From contig NC_009927.1 in the NCBI RefSeq assembly GCF_000018105.1, forward strand, positions 150,001-182,000: a stretch of 32,000 bases of DNA, written 5' to 3'. A program made the position numbers and the translations under genes. Under the pieces are notes generated by a model. The model had not been told where the DNA came from and searched no databases. It saw only the letters and a list, made by a program, of their open reading frames with translations. The stretch is from Acaryochloris marina MBIC11017. Lineage in GTDB: Bacteria; Cyanobacteriota; Cyanobacteriia; Thermosynechococcales; Thermosynechococcaceae. Below, in pieces: positions 31,353-32,000 of the stretch; within the stretch, counting starts at the first letter, position 1, and each line of letters begins with the position of its first letter.

Positions 31353-31721
31353 CTAGGTAACATAAATCCCCTGAAGAATCTGAGATTTCATAGCTTCAAA
31401 ATCATTCAACGGTATTTCATAGGAAGGATTGCAGAGCCTTCTAAGCAGCATTTCAAGCATGGGATTATCGTTGTTGAACTCAACTTCAGCCAGTAGATTA
31501 GAGGCCGAGAAATTGTACATAACAACCCTAGTTTTTTCAGGCCACTCTTGAATCAGAAACCCCATATTTTTAGCTTGATTGCTAAACAATGATTCATTCA
31601 GGGCACCAACACTATTTTTGCTAGGAGTATCAGAGTAAGAAGCCAGCTCAAACCCTGAGAAATCACCGTTAATTATGGTGTTGGCAACATTGAGTGACCC
31701 GAAGAGTCGATCCAAGTTCAT
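31353..31721 (-). CDS. hypothetical protein (122 aa)
   Basis: ORF convergent on the terminator. No motif recognised. Confidence 0.5.
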   Translation of the reverse strand: MNLDRLFGSLNVANTIINGDFSGFELASYSDTPSKNSVGALNESLFSNQAKNMGFLIQEWPEKTRVVMYNFSASNLLAEVEFNNDNPMLEMLLRRLCNPSYEIPLNDFEAMKSQILQGIYVT

Positions 31722-31777
31722 CGTTTTGATTCATCTTCAATAAATAGGTAATACAGATTCTCTACAGAAATTGAAAT

Positions 31778-31942
31778 CTAGGAAGATTTCTGAGTTTTCA
31801 AATCATTGATGGTTTCTCGAATGCGATCGCGGCATTCCAACATCCCCGCCAGCGCTGTAAGTGCTTTTTCCTCCGCATTGCCCCCCTGAGCGGAATCCTC
31901 AGCAGGGCCTGAATCAACGGGGTTCGGTGGGTTATCTGTCAT
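31778..31942 (-). CDS. hypothetical small protein (54 aa)
   Basis: Start placed at ATG 31942 (MTDNPPNPVD...). The longer ORF begins at a non-ATG codon. Confidence 0.35.
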   Translation of the reverse strand: MTDNPPNPVDSGPAEDSAQGGNAEEKALTALAGMLECRDRIRETINDLKTQKSS

Positions 31943-32000
31943 GGAAAAACTCTCATTTTCTCTACTTGAGAAGCAAAATCCAGGCAATAATCCCTAAGAC

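Noticed and set aside
1-32000. tRNA, rRNA, tmRNA, CRISPR arrays, integrase/recombinase, relaxase or Rep genes
   Set aside because: I found no cloverleaf-like sequence ending in a T-loop motif (GTTCGAATC-like), no repeat-spacer array, and no ORF with tyrosine or serine recombinase, relaxase or Rep motifs. This absence is by eye only and should be confirmed with tRNAscan/Infernal and HMM searches.

Overview
The window looks like cyanobacterial accessory or plasmid-like DNA. It has five HIP1 octamers (GCGATCGC at 784, 10027, 14759, 29667, 31823) and mostly small genes with no recognisable function.

Mobile DNA I can support:
- An IS256-family element at 2039-3385 with a TCGGCTT target duplication. 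It splits a small ORF.
- An adjacent IS21-family element (istA/istB) at about 3522-5907.
- A tnpB-only IS605-type element at 23799-25914, cleanly disrupted by an 898-bp IS5-family insertion (24054-24951) with 17-bp inverted repeats and a TTA duplication.
- An HNH-less IscB relative (IsrB type) at 26458-27621 with a structured upstream region.
- A 112-bp MITE at 29503-29614.

Other recognisable genes:
- A Cas4-like PD-(D/E)XK nuclease.
- A translationally coupled DUF4326-HNH-zinc-ribbon operon.
- DUF6876-like and DUF3768-like proteins.
- A RavA/MoxR-like AAA+ gene, frameshifted in an A6C5 run, coupled to a ViaA-like VWA gene.
- An orphan TpsA/filamentous-haemagglutinin-like exoprotein.
- A GNAT acetyltransferase.

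Signals the gene list does not explain:
1. Three cassettes (about 10.2-10.9 kb, 22.2-23.0 kb, 30.1-30.9 kb) share one layout. Each has its own ribbon-helix-helix (RHH) repressor gene and its own palindromic operator next to a -10 box. All three share the same roughly 75-nt leader with a covarying hairpin, followed by a small acidic protein and a GC hairpin.
2. A roughly 245-nt conserved non-coding element occurs twice in direct orientation (21091-21334 and 29314-29674). The two copies bracket 8 kb that holds both OMEGA-type nucleases.
3. A 1.3-kb strongly AT-rich, ORF-poor island (13283-14584) contains a 10-mer repeated four times, iteron-like repeats and a 29-codon hydrophobic ORF behind a strong Shine-Dalgarno (SD) sequence.

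I saw no rRNA, tRNA or CRISPR array. All family names are motif recognition by eye and need profile searches.
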